Shown here piece by piece: positions 1-8,623 of a stretch of DNA of 64,000 bases. Source of the DNA: an uncultured Rickettsiales bacterium. Lineage in GTDB: Bacteria > Myxococcota_A > UBA796 > UBA9615 > CAYRNR01. Below the pieces are notes generated by a model. The model was not told the DNA's origin. It saw nothing but the letters and a program-made list of their open reading frames with translations, and did no database searches. Made by a program: the position numbers and the translations under genes. Location: NCBI GenBank assembly GCA_964425605.1, contig CAYRNR010000033.1, forward strand, positions 31 through 64,030, given 5' to 3'. Every line of letters begins with the position of its first letter. Position 1 is the first letter of the stretch.

Positions 1-851
1 CGACCCGGCTGGCCGACGTGATCATTCCCCCCGTGGGCCCCCTCGAGAGCGCCCACTACCCCGTCCTCGAGCTCTCCATGGGGGTCCGCAACGTCGCCCG
101 CTACGCGCCAGCCGTGGTCCCGCCCAGGCCTGGCCGCCCCGACGATTTCCAGATCCTCACGGAGGTGCTCCACCGGGTCCTGAAGCGACGCGGCGGGGTG
201 CACAACCTCTCGGCCGCCGCTGTCGCCGGATTTCGACGCTACGCGGACTCCGAAAGGTTGCTGGCGATGCTGCTGAGGCTGGGACCCCAGGACCTCACCC
301 TCGATGAGGTCAAGGCGGCCGTCCACGGCGTGGATCTCGGGCCCCTGCAACGACGCGGCCCCTCGGTCCTGGGAAACCGCGACCACCGCGTGCACCTCTT
401 CCCGGAGCTGTTCGCCGCGGACCTGGAGCGACTCCGTGGGAGCGTCGCCCCGGACGACGATCACCCCCTGCTGCTCGTGAGCCAACGCACCGTGCGCAGC
501 ATGAACTCCTGGCTGCACAACACACCCTCCCTGGTCCGAGGCAAGCCGCGCTGCACGCTCAAGGTCCATCCCGACGATGCGGAACGCGCAGGCGTGACAG
601 ACGAGCCGCAGGTCCGGCTCGTGTCACGCACCGGCGAGATCGAGGTCCCCCTGGAGATCACCGACACGCTGATGCCGGGCGTCGTGGGCCTGCCGTTCGG
701 GTGGGGCCACCACAGAGAAGGGGCACGCCTGAGCATCGCCGCCGAGCACGCCGCAGCGAGCATCAACGACGTCACCGACGAGCGCCTCTTCGACGCGGTG
801 AGCGGGACCTCGGTCCTCGACGGCGTGCCCGTGCGGCTGGAGCGTATCTGA
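1..851 (+). CDS. molybdopterin-dependent oxidoreductase, C-terminal fragment (5' end outside window)
   Basis: The frame of listed ORF 18..851 stays open to base 3. The C-terminal segment RCTLKVHPDDAERAGV...VRLVSRTGEIEVPLEITDTLMPGVVGLPFGWGH resembles the molybdopterin-dinucleotide-binding barrel of DMSO-reductase-family enzymes. Confidence 0.6.
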   Translation, partial: TRLADVIIPPVGPLESAHYPVLELSMGVRNVARYAPAVVPPRPGRPDDFQILTEVLHRVLKRRGGVHNLSAAAVAGFRRYADSERLLAMLLRLGPQDLTLDEVKAAVHGVDLGPLQRRGPSVLGNRDHRVHLFPELFAADLERLRGSVAPDDDHPLLLVSQRTVRSMNSWLHNTPSLVRGKPRCTLKVHPDDAERAGVTDEPQVRLVSRTGEIEVPLEITDTLMPGVVGLPFGWGHHREGARLSIAAEHAAASINDVTDERLFDAVSGTSVLDGVPVRLERI

Positions 852-924
852 GCGGCGAGTCCGATCGGCGGCTATCATGCACGGGCTCCCGTGTCCCGCT
901 ACCCATCGCCTGGAGACCTGACGC

Positions 925-2097
925 ATGACCACACGGATGATCTGGCTGGCCCTGCTCGCGCTATTCCTGCTCGGCCCCGGCTGCACGGACGTCACCGACG
1001 ACGACGATGACGTTGCGGACGACGACGACACCACGGCGGGAGACGATGACACCACCACGGGAGACGACGACGCCACACCTGGGGACGACGATGATGTCAC
1101 TGCGGACGATGACGACTCCGGCGCGGGGGACGACGACGACGCGACCCCGGCGATCCGCGTGCCCGGCGAGTGGGAGCCCCACGCCGCGACCTGGTTGCAG
1201 TGGCCCGGGCCGTGGGAGCAGAGTATGCGGCCGGCGTTCGCCGACATCATCGACGTGATCCAGGACCACGAGCCGGTCCACCTGCTGACCCCCTCGCAGT
1301 CGGACGAGAACCAGGCGCGCCAGTTCCTCACCCAGCGCGGCGTGCCTGACACGAACATCACGTGGCACCAGATCCTCATCGACAACGCCTGGATGCGGGA
1401 CAACGGCCCCGTCTACGTCACCGACGGCGCCGAGACCTGGATCGCGGACTTCCGCTTCGACGCCTGGGGTGGCAACTTCGGGGGCCACATCCCGTGGCAG
1501 TTCGACGACGACGTCCCCGGCCAGGTCGCCGACTACCTGGGTATCCGCAACGAGGACCACACGGGCTACGTGCTGGAGCGGGGCAACCTGGAGTTCAACG
1601 GCGCGGGCACGCTGGTGCTGAACTGGGACTGCCAGGACGACCGCAACCCCGGCATGTCCGAGGCCGAGCACGAGGCGATCTTGAGCAGCGCATTCGGCCT
1701 GACGCAGGTCGTCTGGGCCTACGGCCACGATCCGTCGGACCTGACCACCGGCCACATCGACGGGAACGCCCGGTTCATCGACACCGACACCATCGCCATC
1801 AGCGAATCCAGCTGGGGCCAGGATATCGAGGATCCCCTGGTGGTCGCGTGCGAGGCCGCAGGCCTGGAGGTGGTCCGTATCCCCTGCCCCGGTTCGACGG
1901 ACTACATGAACTGGCTGGTGGGCAACGGGTTCGTCGCGGCCATGGCCTTTGGCAACGCGAGCGCCGACGCGGACGCGCAGGCGGTGCTGGAGTCCCTCTA
2001 CCCCGGACGCACCGTGTACATGCTCGACGCGGGCACCCTGTGGGCCGGCGGTGGGGGCATCCACTGCGTCACGAACGACCAGCCTGTGCTTCAGTAG
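925..2097 (+). CDS. agmatine deiminase / PAD_porph family lipoprotein with acidic linker
   Basis: Signal peptide plus lipobox (LLGPGC), then a roughly 50-aa D/T/G-rich linker. The body carries AWMRDNGP and a C-terminal GGGIHCVTNDQP catalytic-Cys motif typical of agmatine deiminases. Confidence 0.8.
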   Translation: MTTRMIWLALLALFLLGPGCTDVTDDDDDVADDDDTTAGDDDTTTGDDDATPGDDDDVTADDDDSGAGDDDDATPAIRVPGEWEPHAATWLQWPGPWEQSMRPAFADIIDVIQDHEPVHLLTPSQSDENQARQFLTQRGVPDTNITWHQILIDNAWMRDNGPVYVTDGAETWIADFRFDAWGGNFGGHIPWQFDDDVPGQVADYLGIRNEDHTGYVLERGNLEFNGAGTLVLNWDCQDDRNPGMSEAEHEAILSSAFGLTQVVWAYGHDPSDLTTGHIDGNARFIDTDTIAISESSWGQDIEDPLVVACEAAGLEVVRIPCPGSTDYMNWLVGNGFVAAMAFGNASADADAQAVLESLYPGRTVYMLDAGTLWAGGGGIHCVTNDQPVLQ

Positions 2098-2109
2098 GGG
2101 AGTCTCGGA

Positions 2110-4524
2110 CTAGGGTACGAAGGGGACCGTACCGGCACCCATTCCAGTCACACTCGCTCCGGAGCCCGCCGTACCGGCCACGTTCCCCGAACCGATGAAC
2201 GCGGTGGCGCTGGCATACCCCTCGGCGGTGAACAGGTCACCCGTGTCGAGGCACATGCCTACAGAGGAGCCAGCCAGGTCGGCCGTGGACCACGCGTCGC
2301 CGCTGCCCAGGAGCACGGGCGCCGCTTCCAGCGAGACCAGCGACGAGTCGTAGGACTGGCCGAGGCCGGTGAAGACCTGAGGCGGACGGAAGCCCAGCGG
2401 ACACGAGCCGAGGCCGGAGCCGTCGAAGGCGAAGATGGGCAGTCGGACGTTGCCGAGGGGGCACGAGCCGAGCCCTGTCCCGTCCAGGGTGAATCTCCTC
2501 GCCAGGACCGTCCCCAGCGGACACGAGCCGAGGCCCGTACCATCCAGATCCACGGCGAACTCGGCCTCGTCATCACCGTTCCCGAGCACGGGGCGCGTGA
2601 AAATCACACCCAGCGGACAGGAGCCGAGGCCACTTCCGGTGTCCACGAGGAAGTAGGACTCGACCATCTCGCCGAAGTCCGGGTCCTTCAGCTCCGGCCA
2701 GTGGAACGCCAGGGCCGCGTCTTCGGCCAGCCCGTCCGTCGCCCCGGCCGCGGCCAGCAGGATCTCCAGGGCGTCCGGCGCAAAGAACGCGGTGCGCGGG
2801 TGCGTGCCGATGTTGTCCTTCTTGCAGGTGGCCGCCGTGATGGACCAGGCGTGCGCCATCTCCTGCCCGGAGTCGTCGTAGCGATCGACCTTGGGCGCCT
2901 TGACCTCGCACCGACCGTCACCGCTGGTGCCGCACTTGACGATCTTCTCGCTGGCCCCGCTGAACACCACGTAGACGTCCACGCCGCCGACCAGCTCCCC
3001 GGTCTCGTCGAGCACCGTGATCTCCGCCTTGGGCTCGATCTCGTCGCCGCTGTCTTTGAGGTACGGCATGATCGCGACGTAGTACACGGGCAAGTCGCGG
3101 GCCTTGCCCTCGTCGAACTTCTTGTCGGCCTCGCGGATACGCAGCCGGCCCTGTCCGTTGCCGTCCACCCACTCCGAACCGAGATTGTCGGCGCCGAGCT
3201 GCAACGCGGAGACGGTCTCGTCCGCGCTGGCGCCCGCGGCGAGGAGCCAGCACGCCGCACCGCTGGAGACTGCCGTCGCCTGGCTGGTGCCGGCGTAGAG
3301 CATGTACGCGATCGTGGAGGGGTCGTTCAGGGCGATCGTCTCCGACAGCATGCCGTCTGGGACGCCATTCTCGTCCTCGTCCGCGCCGACGTCGCCACCG
3401 GGAGCGACGAGGTCCACCGAGGGATGGCGGTTGGTGTAGTCCACCTCCTCGACCTTGCCGTCGTCGTCCTTCATCCGCGTCGCGCCGATGGCCACGACCG
3501 CGGTGTGCGCCGCGGGGTAGGTCAGGTAGTCGGCGCCGTCGTTCCCGGCCGCGGCGAGGACGACGATTCCCGAATCCCAGGCGCTCTGAAGGGCCTCGTC
3601 CAGGGCAGGCGACAGCAGATAGCCGGCCTGGAACGACAAGCTCATGTTGATCACGTCCGCGCCGTGGTCGATGGCATGCCAGATGGCGTCCACCAGCGCC
3701 ACCTCGGTGCCGCTGTTGTTCGCGTCGAGCACCTTGATGGGCATCACCGCCACACCCGGAGCGATCCCCTCGACCGTGTCCTGGCCGGCGATCAGCGTGG
3801 CGATGTGGGTGCCGTGCTGGTGGTCGTCGTTGGCGTGTTCGTCGCCGTTGACGAAGTCGTAGGGGGCCACGATCAGGGTGTCGGCCAGGGAGGGCGCCTG
3901 GACGTAGTCACCGAGGGCGTCGCTGTGGTCCTCGTAGGCGACGCCCGTGTCGAGCACCGCCACGACGAGGGTGCCGAAGTCGGGCAGCGTCTCGTCGTCG
4001 TCCTCGTAGACCGGGTGGCCCACGGATTCGAGGTGCCACTGGTAGTCCCGTGGGCAGGATGGGTGGTCGTCGTCGTCCGCTCCGTAGACCAGGCCGACGG
4101 GCATGGCCACGTCCACGCGGGGGTCGCCGCGCAGCTGCCACAGCAGGTCGTCGCGGGTGGTCTGCGAGGGTACGCTCAGCGTCGCGAATCCCGACGCCCC
4201 GGCGGGTCTCACCACCGACCCACCGTACTCGGCCGCCACCTGCTCCGCCGCCGCGCCGTCCACGGTCCGGAGCATCACCTGCTCGCTCGAGTAGGACGGT
4301 TCGTCGGTCGCGCACGACGAGATCAACGCCGAACTCCGCGACCAGCGAGCGGTTTGAGCCGCCCTCAGCCGGGCGTCTTCGGCCACGGTGAGGGTCGCCG
4401 CGCTCTGTGTGTCAGCCGGGTCGTCCAGCGGGTTGGGATTCCAGCCCTCGTGAACCCCGAACTGCCACAGCAACACCGCGGCGGCGAGCAATCCGATGAG
4501 GCCGAGATACCGTCGTTGAATCAT
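2110..4524 (-). CDS. secreted subtilisin-like S8 serine peptidase with C-terminal G-x-GLGSCPLG repeats
   Basis: Catalytic triad motifs VAVLDTGV (Asp), HGTHIATLIAG (His) and GTSQATAVSSGA (Ser). N-terminal signal/TM MIQRRYLGLIGLLAAAVLL starts from the ATG at 4524; the listed ORF starts further upstream. Four Cys-containing repeats sit near the C-terminus. Confidence 0.85.
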   Translation of the reverse strand: MIQRRYLGLIGLLAAAVLLWQFGVHEGWNPNPLDDPADTQSAATLTVAEDARLRAAQTARWSRSSALISSCATDEPSYSSEQVMLRTVDGAAAEQVAAEYGGSVVRPAGASGFATLSVPSQTTRDDLLWQLRGDPRVDVAMPVGLVYGADDDDHPSCPRDYQWHLESVGHPVYEDDDETLPDFGTLVVAVLDTGVAYEDHSDALGDYVQAPSLADTLIVAPYDFVNGDEHANDDHQHGTHIATLIAGQDTVEGIAPGVAVMPIKVLDANNSGTEVALVDAIWHAIDHGADVINMSLSFQAGYLLSPALDEALQSAWDSGIVVLAAAGNDGADYLTYPAAHTAVVAIGATRMKDDDGKVEEVDYTNRHPSVDLVAPGGDVGADEDENGVPDGMLSETIALNDPSTIAYMLYAGTSQATAVSSGAACWLLAAGASADETVSALQLGADNLGSEWVDGNGQGRLRIREADKKFDEGKARDLPVYYVAIMPYLKDSGDEIEPKAEITVLDETGELVGGVDVYVVFSGASEKIVKCGTSGDGRCEVKAPKVDRYDDSGQEMAHAWSITAATCKKDNIGTHPRTAFFAPDALEILLAAAGATDGLAEDAALAFHWPELKDPDFGEMVESYFLVDTGSGLGSCPLGVIFTRPVLGNGDDEAEFAVDLDGTGLGSCPLGTVLARRFTLDGTGLGSCPLGNVRLPIFAFDGSGLGSCPLGFRPPQVFTGLGQSYDSSLVSLEAAPVLLGSGDAWSTADLAGSSVGMCLDTGDLFTAEGYASATAFIGSGNVAGTAGSGASVTGMGAGTVPFVP

Positions 4525-4677
4525 ATCGCCCCCCCGTCGTGGAACACTTCCCGCTCGTATGTACACATTGACACCGATCTGGCAACATCCAAGTGAAAAG
4601 ACGGACAAGGAAGCAAACGTGGAAGCGTGATGGGGTGGGGAACTGTGCGAAGCGCCGGGTCGATGCCCGGTCAGGCC

Positions 4678-6096
4678 TCAGGGCGCGAGGTCGTACAGGC
4701 TCTGCAGCGGCGTGGTCCGGCCCAGCTCGAGGGTGCCATCCCACAGCACCTCCCACACCACGGTCCCATCGGGGAGCACCTCCTTGAGGCGTCCGCCGGA
4801 TCCGTAGTTGTGCAAGGTGTTCCCGTCGGGGAGGCGGTGGACCTCCCCCATCTCCCCGGCGTCCGCACCGAGCCCGATGCCGTAGTTCCACACCTCATGC
4901 AGGATCTCGTTCGGCTCGTCGAGGGAGTACTCCCGGACCACACACTCCTCGCTGTTGCCCGTGGCGTGGGAGGAGGTGAGCAGCGTCCCGGCCTCGGTGT
5001 AGTGGCCTCCGTGTTGCCAGTGGAAGGCCGAGTCGGGTGGATCGAAGGTCCAGGCCCCGGGCATGTGGCCGAAGTGGCGCACCGTCTCACCCGTGGTGTG
5101 GTCGAACTCGACGATGGTCTCGTCCGAGTACAGCGAGATCAGGAACGTGTCGTCGATCTCGTTGTAGAACAAGGTATTGGACTGACAGTAGTTCAGCACA
5201 CCGATCTCGTCGTGGAAATCCTGGCAGGACCATAGGGACTCCTGATCGCTACCGGGCGTGAGCTTCTCCACAGTCTCCATGTATCCCTGGGCAGCGCCCC
5301 ACACCAGCGAACCGTCGGCCAGCTCGACGAAGGGGTGGTGCAACCCCGGCGTGTCGTAGGTCTCGACCACCGAGCCGTCGATCTTCACCCGTTCGATCTG
5401 GGACGCGTCGCCGTTGTCGTACTGGGCCCAGTAGGAGTTGAGATCCACGAGGATATCGGTGCCGTCGTACGACGGCCGCGAGTACAGGGACGTGAACCCC
5501 TGCGAGGTCACGGTCGCCCAGACGAGCCGGGCCTGCCGGTCGATGATCACCGTCCAGCCGCGATTCCAGGAGACCGAGCCGAGGATGTACTCCATCGTCG
5601 GCTCCCACTGAGCCGGATACGACTCGAGCAACGAGGCGACGTACACACCCTCGGGAGCCTCGTCCGTGTGCGCTACGTACTCCTCGCCGGTCCACGCCGC
5701 ATCGCCGCCATCGGCCACGGCCCGGAAGCTCACGTCGTGGTCGTAGGGCACCCCCAGCAGCAGCTCCTCCTGGGGCCCCAGTTCCAGCTCGCGGGTCGGC
5801 GATACGAGCCACTCGTCGTCCACCATGAACTCCAGGTGCACCGCAGCGGTGGTGAGCTGGTCCCAGCTCACCACGATCAACGAGCCGATCGTGTCGTGGA
5901 CTTGCCACTGGACGTTCCCAAGGGGATCGCCGGCCATGGCCGAATCGTCGTCGTCGCCCGTGGCGTCGTCGTCGCCGGAGGTGTCGTCGTCGCCGGAGGT
6001 GTCGTCGTCACCGGAGGTGTCGTCGTCATCGCTGTCCTGACACGCGATGAACAGGGCGCATAGAACCCACAAGACCCACGAAGGAACCTGACGCAT
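4678..6096 (-). CDS. lipoprotein with (TSGDDD)n acidic linker and arylsulfotransferase-like beta-propeller body
   Basis: The ATG at 6096 is preceded by AGGAGAG. Lipobox LFIAC is followed by DDDDTSGDDDTSGDDDTSGDDD. The C-terminal part (WQHGGHYTEAGTLL...HRLPDGNTLHNYGSGG) resembles the ASST family. The functional call is tentative. Confidence 0.5.
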   Translation of the reverse strand: MRQVPSWVLWVLCALFIACQDSDDDDTSGDDDTSGDDDTSGDDDATGDDDDSAMAGDPLGNVQWQVHDTIGSLIVVSWDQLTTAAVHLEFMVDDEWLVSPTRELELGPQEELLLGVPYDHDVSFRAVADGGDAAWTGEEYVAHTDEAPEGVYVASLLESYPAQWEPTMEYILGSVSWNRGWTVIIDRQARLVWATVTSQGFTSLYSRPSYDGTDILVDLNSYWAQYDNGDASQIERVKIDGSVVETYDTPGLHHPFVELADGSLVWGAAQGYMETVEKLTPGSDQESLWSCQDFHDEIGVLNYCQSNTLFYNEIDDTFLISLYSDETIVEFDHTTGETVRHFGHMPGAWTFDPPDSAFHWQHGGHYTEAGTLLTSSHATGNSEECVVREYSLDEPNEILHEVWNYGIGLGADAGEMGEVHRLPDGNTLHNYGSGGRLKEVLPDGTVVWEVLWDGTLELGRTTPLQSLYDLAP

Positions 6097-6178
6097 GGGG
6101 ATCTCTCCTAGCACTACTGAAGGGAGCTTGGCACAACTCCCGTCGGAGTCCCAGGATCGCGACCCGCCCCGCGTGTCC

Positions 6179-7867
6179 TCAGCGAGTCACGGTCAGCTGA
6201 ACGACATCGACCAGGCCGGGGTCTCGCGACGGCGCCCGTACCTCCAGCGTGTAATCGCCCGGGGGCAACTTCACGTCGCACGAATCGGCCAGGCCGGGCC
6301 ACACGGCGTCGCCGCCCGGGCGGGCGACAAAAACCGCCTCGAGCGTCAGGGTCCCCCCGGGCAGCAGGGTCACCCGCCGCCCCTCGGCCAGCGCTAGCTC
6401 GCTGAGCACACAGGACGGCGGCGGGTCCACGGACTTGCCATCCTTCAACACACGACTCGGTGACGACGCCGGGGCTCCCTCGAGCAGGAACAGATCTACT
6501 CGAAGGGCTCCGTCCGTCGTGTTCCGGTACACCAAGGGGAAGCGAACCTCGCCGCCGCTGCGGACTGAAAGTGGCACGATCTCCGCGGTGAGGTCGTCGG
6601 CCGCCGGGAAAGCGCCCACAGCGCTCACGGCGATCCGACAGCGATCCTGTTCGCGAATCGACCCCAGGGTCAGGTCGTGGCCAGCGCAGGGGTCCAGCAA
6701 CCGCCTCGACAGCACGTCCCACAAGGGATTGGGGCCGCGGTCTTTCAACGTCTCGGCGCCCTCCCCCCGCTCCACGGCTGCCCAGTAGGCCCCCCCGAAC
6801 GGCTCGACCCCAAGCTCGTAGTCGAGGCCACCCCAGGAGCCGTCACCGCGGAAGGCGTAGAAGGCCCAGTGCCAGTTCCAGCGCGCCACAACGGTCAACA
6901 GGTCGTCGAGGTAGGCTGCGGCGCCAGCCACCCGGCGGTCGCACCCGAACTCGGACAGGACGATGTGCCTCGAATCGATGTGGTGCCGGCCGGTCCATGC
7001 GGCCACCGAGGCCAGCGCCTCGCGACGCGATCCTTCGGACCAGCCTCCCGGCATCGCTTCGGGGTACTCAAAACGCCCGTTGTTGACCCGATAGGTCACG
7101 TACTCCCAGGGGTCGTAGAAGTGAAACGCGTACAGGACGGCCGGATCATCCACGGGGGAGAGGTTCGAGAGGCCGAAGGGCGAGGCGTAGAAGCCGCCGT
7201 CGAGGAGGATCGGGGTGGTCGCGTCCCCCTGGCGGATGGCCGCCACCATTTCGCGGTTGAACCGGTTCACGTCCGCCAGCGTGCCCTCGATCTCCGCGGA
7301 CCAGCGGTGGAATTCGGCCTCGCCGATCGCGTGCTGCCGTTCGGGGTGCGGCTCGTTGAGGGGGTTGTACGCGACGACCGCCGGATGTCCGTGCAGCGCG
7401 GTGGCCAGCTGAGTCCAGAACGCCAGCGCCTGGTCACGAGACGTCGGCTCGTTCCACAGCCGGTAGTCGTCCTCGTCTCCGTTGAGCTGTCGCCAACGCG
7501 CGCCTGGCAGGGAGAAGCAGGTCAACACGACCCCCACTCCGGCGTCGTGGGCATCGTCCAGGGACCGCCGCAAGGTCTGAAGGTCCTCGGGCACGAGCGT
7601 CTCGAACGCGTCCGCGTCGCCGATGAGGAAGTCGCGATGAGCCGAGGGCCAGGCATCGGGTGCGAGGCGGATGAACTCGATCCCCGCTGCGGCCGCCGCC
7701 TTCCAGTACTCCGGCTCCACCGACTCGTTCTGGCAGTTCGCGCCCTTGTGCTGCCGCGACCACCAGGACATGTCCGGATCCACCGATGTCGGTGTCTCGG
7801 CGGCTGCTCCAACCGCCAGGGTGGACACCAAACCTACCGACGCCAGCAACCAACGAACCGAGGGCAT
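6179..7867 (-). CDS. glycoside hydrolase family 5 (cellulase-like) with C-terminal beta-sandwich-like domain
   Basis: Signal peptide from the ATG at 7867. GH5 acid/base motif YNPLNEPH and nucleophile motif VLSEFGC. Confidence 0.75.
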   Translation of the reverse strand: MPSVRWLLASVGLVSTLAVGAAAETPTSVDPDMSWWSRQHKGANCQNESVEPEYWKAAAAAGIEFIRLAPDAWPSAHRDFLIGDADAFETLVPEDLQTLRRSLDDAHDAGVGVVLTCFSLPGARWRQLNGDEDDYRLWNEPTSRDQALAFWTQLATALHGHPAVVAYNPLNEPHPERQHAIGEAEFHRWSAEIEGTLADVNRFNREMVAAIRQGDATTPILLDGGFYASPFGLSNLSPVDDPAVLYAFHFYDPWEYVTYRVNNGRFEYPEAMPGGWSEGSRREALASVAAWTGRHHIDSRHIVLSEFGCDRRVAGAAAYLDDLLTVVARWNWHWAFYAFRGDGSWGGLDYELGVEPFGGAYWAAVERGEGAETLKDRGPNPLWDVLSRRLLDPCAGHDLTLGSIREQDRCRIAVSAVGAFPAADDLTAEIVPLSVRSGGEVRFPLVYRNTTDGALRVDLFLLEGAPASSPSRVLKDGKSVDPPPSCVLSELALAEGRRVTLLPGGTLTLEAVFVARPGGDAVWPGLADSCDVKLPPGDYTLEVRAPSRDPGLVDVVQLTVTR

Positions 7868-7906
7868 GGATCTCCCCGTGCAGAGCAAGATGCAGACGAT
7901 ACACCC

Positions 7907-8623
7907 CTACGAGCGGGACCGCTTGCGCACGATGGCGCGGCGCGGCGAGGTCGCCGGTCGTGAAGCACGCGGCTTGCGTTTCGGCCTGGGCGGGATCGCC
8001 GGTTGGATCCGAGGGCGCTCCCCGCGCTGCAGCTGTTCGAGGAGGTCCTTGCCGTGGTACCGCGCCTCGGCCGTGGGCTGCTCGAACAGCTCGGTGAGCT
8101 CACGCTGCGCGCGATCGTGATCGCCCAGATACGCCGCGCAGTACGCCAGCTTGCTGCGCTGCCACCCCTTGTCGGGGCCGAATGCCTGGATCCGCGTCAG
8201 TTCGCCGGCGTCCACGGCGTCCACGATGGCACGCACCGACTCATACCGCCTCAACAGGGGCAGGCCGAAGTCCACCACCAGCTGCGCCGCCTCGGCAAAC
8301 TGCGACTCGAACGTCGCCTGCTGGAACGTCGTGAACCAGCGATCCCGTCCATCGGCGAGCGATCCGATTCGCCAGTGACCGTCCATCGACCCCCAATCAG
8401 ACGCCTCGCGATGGGGTGTGACCAGCAGGTGCCAGGAGAGGTTGACGGTGTACCGCTCGGCCCCGAGCCTGTGGTCGAGTTGCAGGTTCACCCCTTGGCG
8501 CAGATCCACGAGGTCCCGATGGGCACTGAAACCCTTCCGCCGGAACCCCAGCGGCGCCAGATCGGTGCGGCAGAAAGCCCCGAACCGCTTCAACAGCTTG
8601 GAGCGCAGCGTGGATTCACCCAT
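7907..8623 (-). CDS. hypothetical protein, DUF4304-like, with basic P/R/K-rich tail
   Basis: The N-terminal pattern KRFGAFCRTDLAPLGFRRKGFSAHR...YTVNLSW resembles DUF4304. It overlaps the upstream gene end by 8 nt. Confidence 0.45.
   Translation of the reverse strand: MGESTLRSKLLKRFGAFCRTDLAPLGFRRKGFSAHRDLVDLRQGVNLQLDHRLGAERYTVNLSWHLLVTPHREASDWGSMDGHWRIGSLADGRDRWFTTFQQATFESQFAEAAQLVVDFGLPLLRRYESVRAIVDAVDAGELTRIQAFGPDKGWQRSKLAYCAAYLGDHDRAQRELTELFEQPTAEARYHGKDLLEQLQRGERPRIQPAIPPRPKRKPRASRPATSPRRAIVRKRSRS

Noticed and set aside
2395-2645. The regularly spaced DNA repeats here, and those at 34855-34903, as a CRISPR array
   Set aside because: The first set is in-frame coding repeats. The second has only 2-3 copies with a 19-nt period. 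No cas genes or repeat-spacer architecture occur anywhere in the window.
2701-4596. 631-aa plus-strand ORF, with many similar long ORFs (e.g. 53031-54452 +, 59888-61753 -, 62543-63925 -, 28731-29630 +, 15700-17205 +)
   Set aside because: These are antisense or out-of-frame shadows of well-supported genes in GC-rich DNA. Their translations are Arg/Gly/Pro/Ala-rich low-complexity text with no recognisable motifs.
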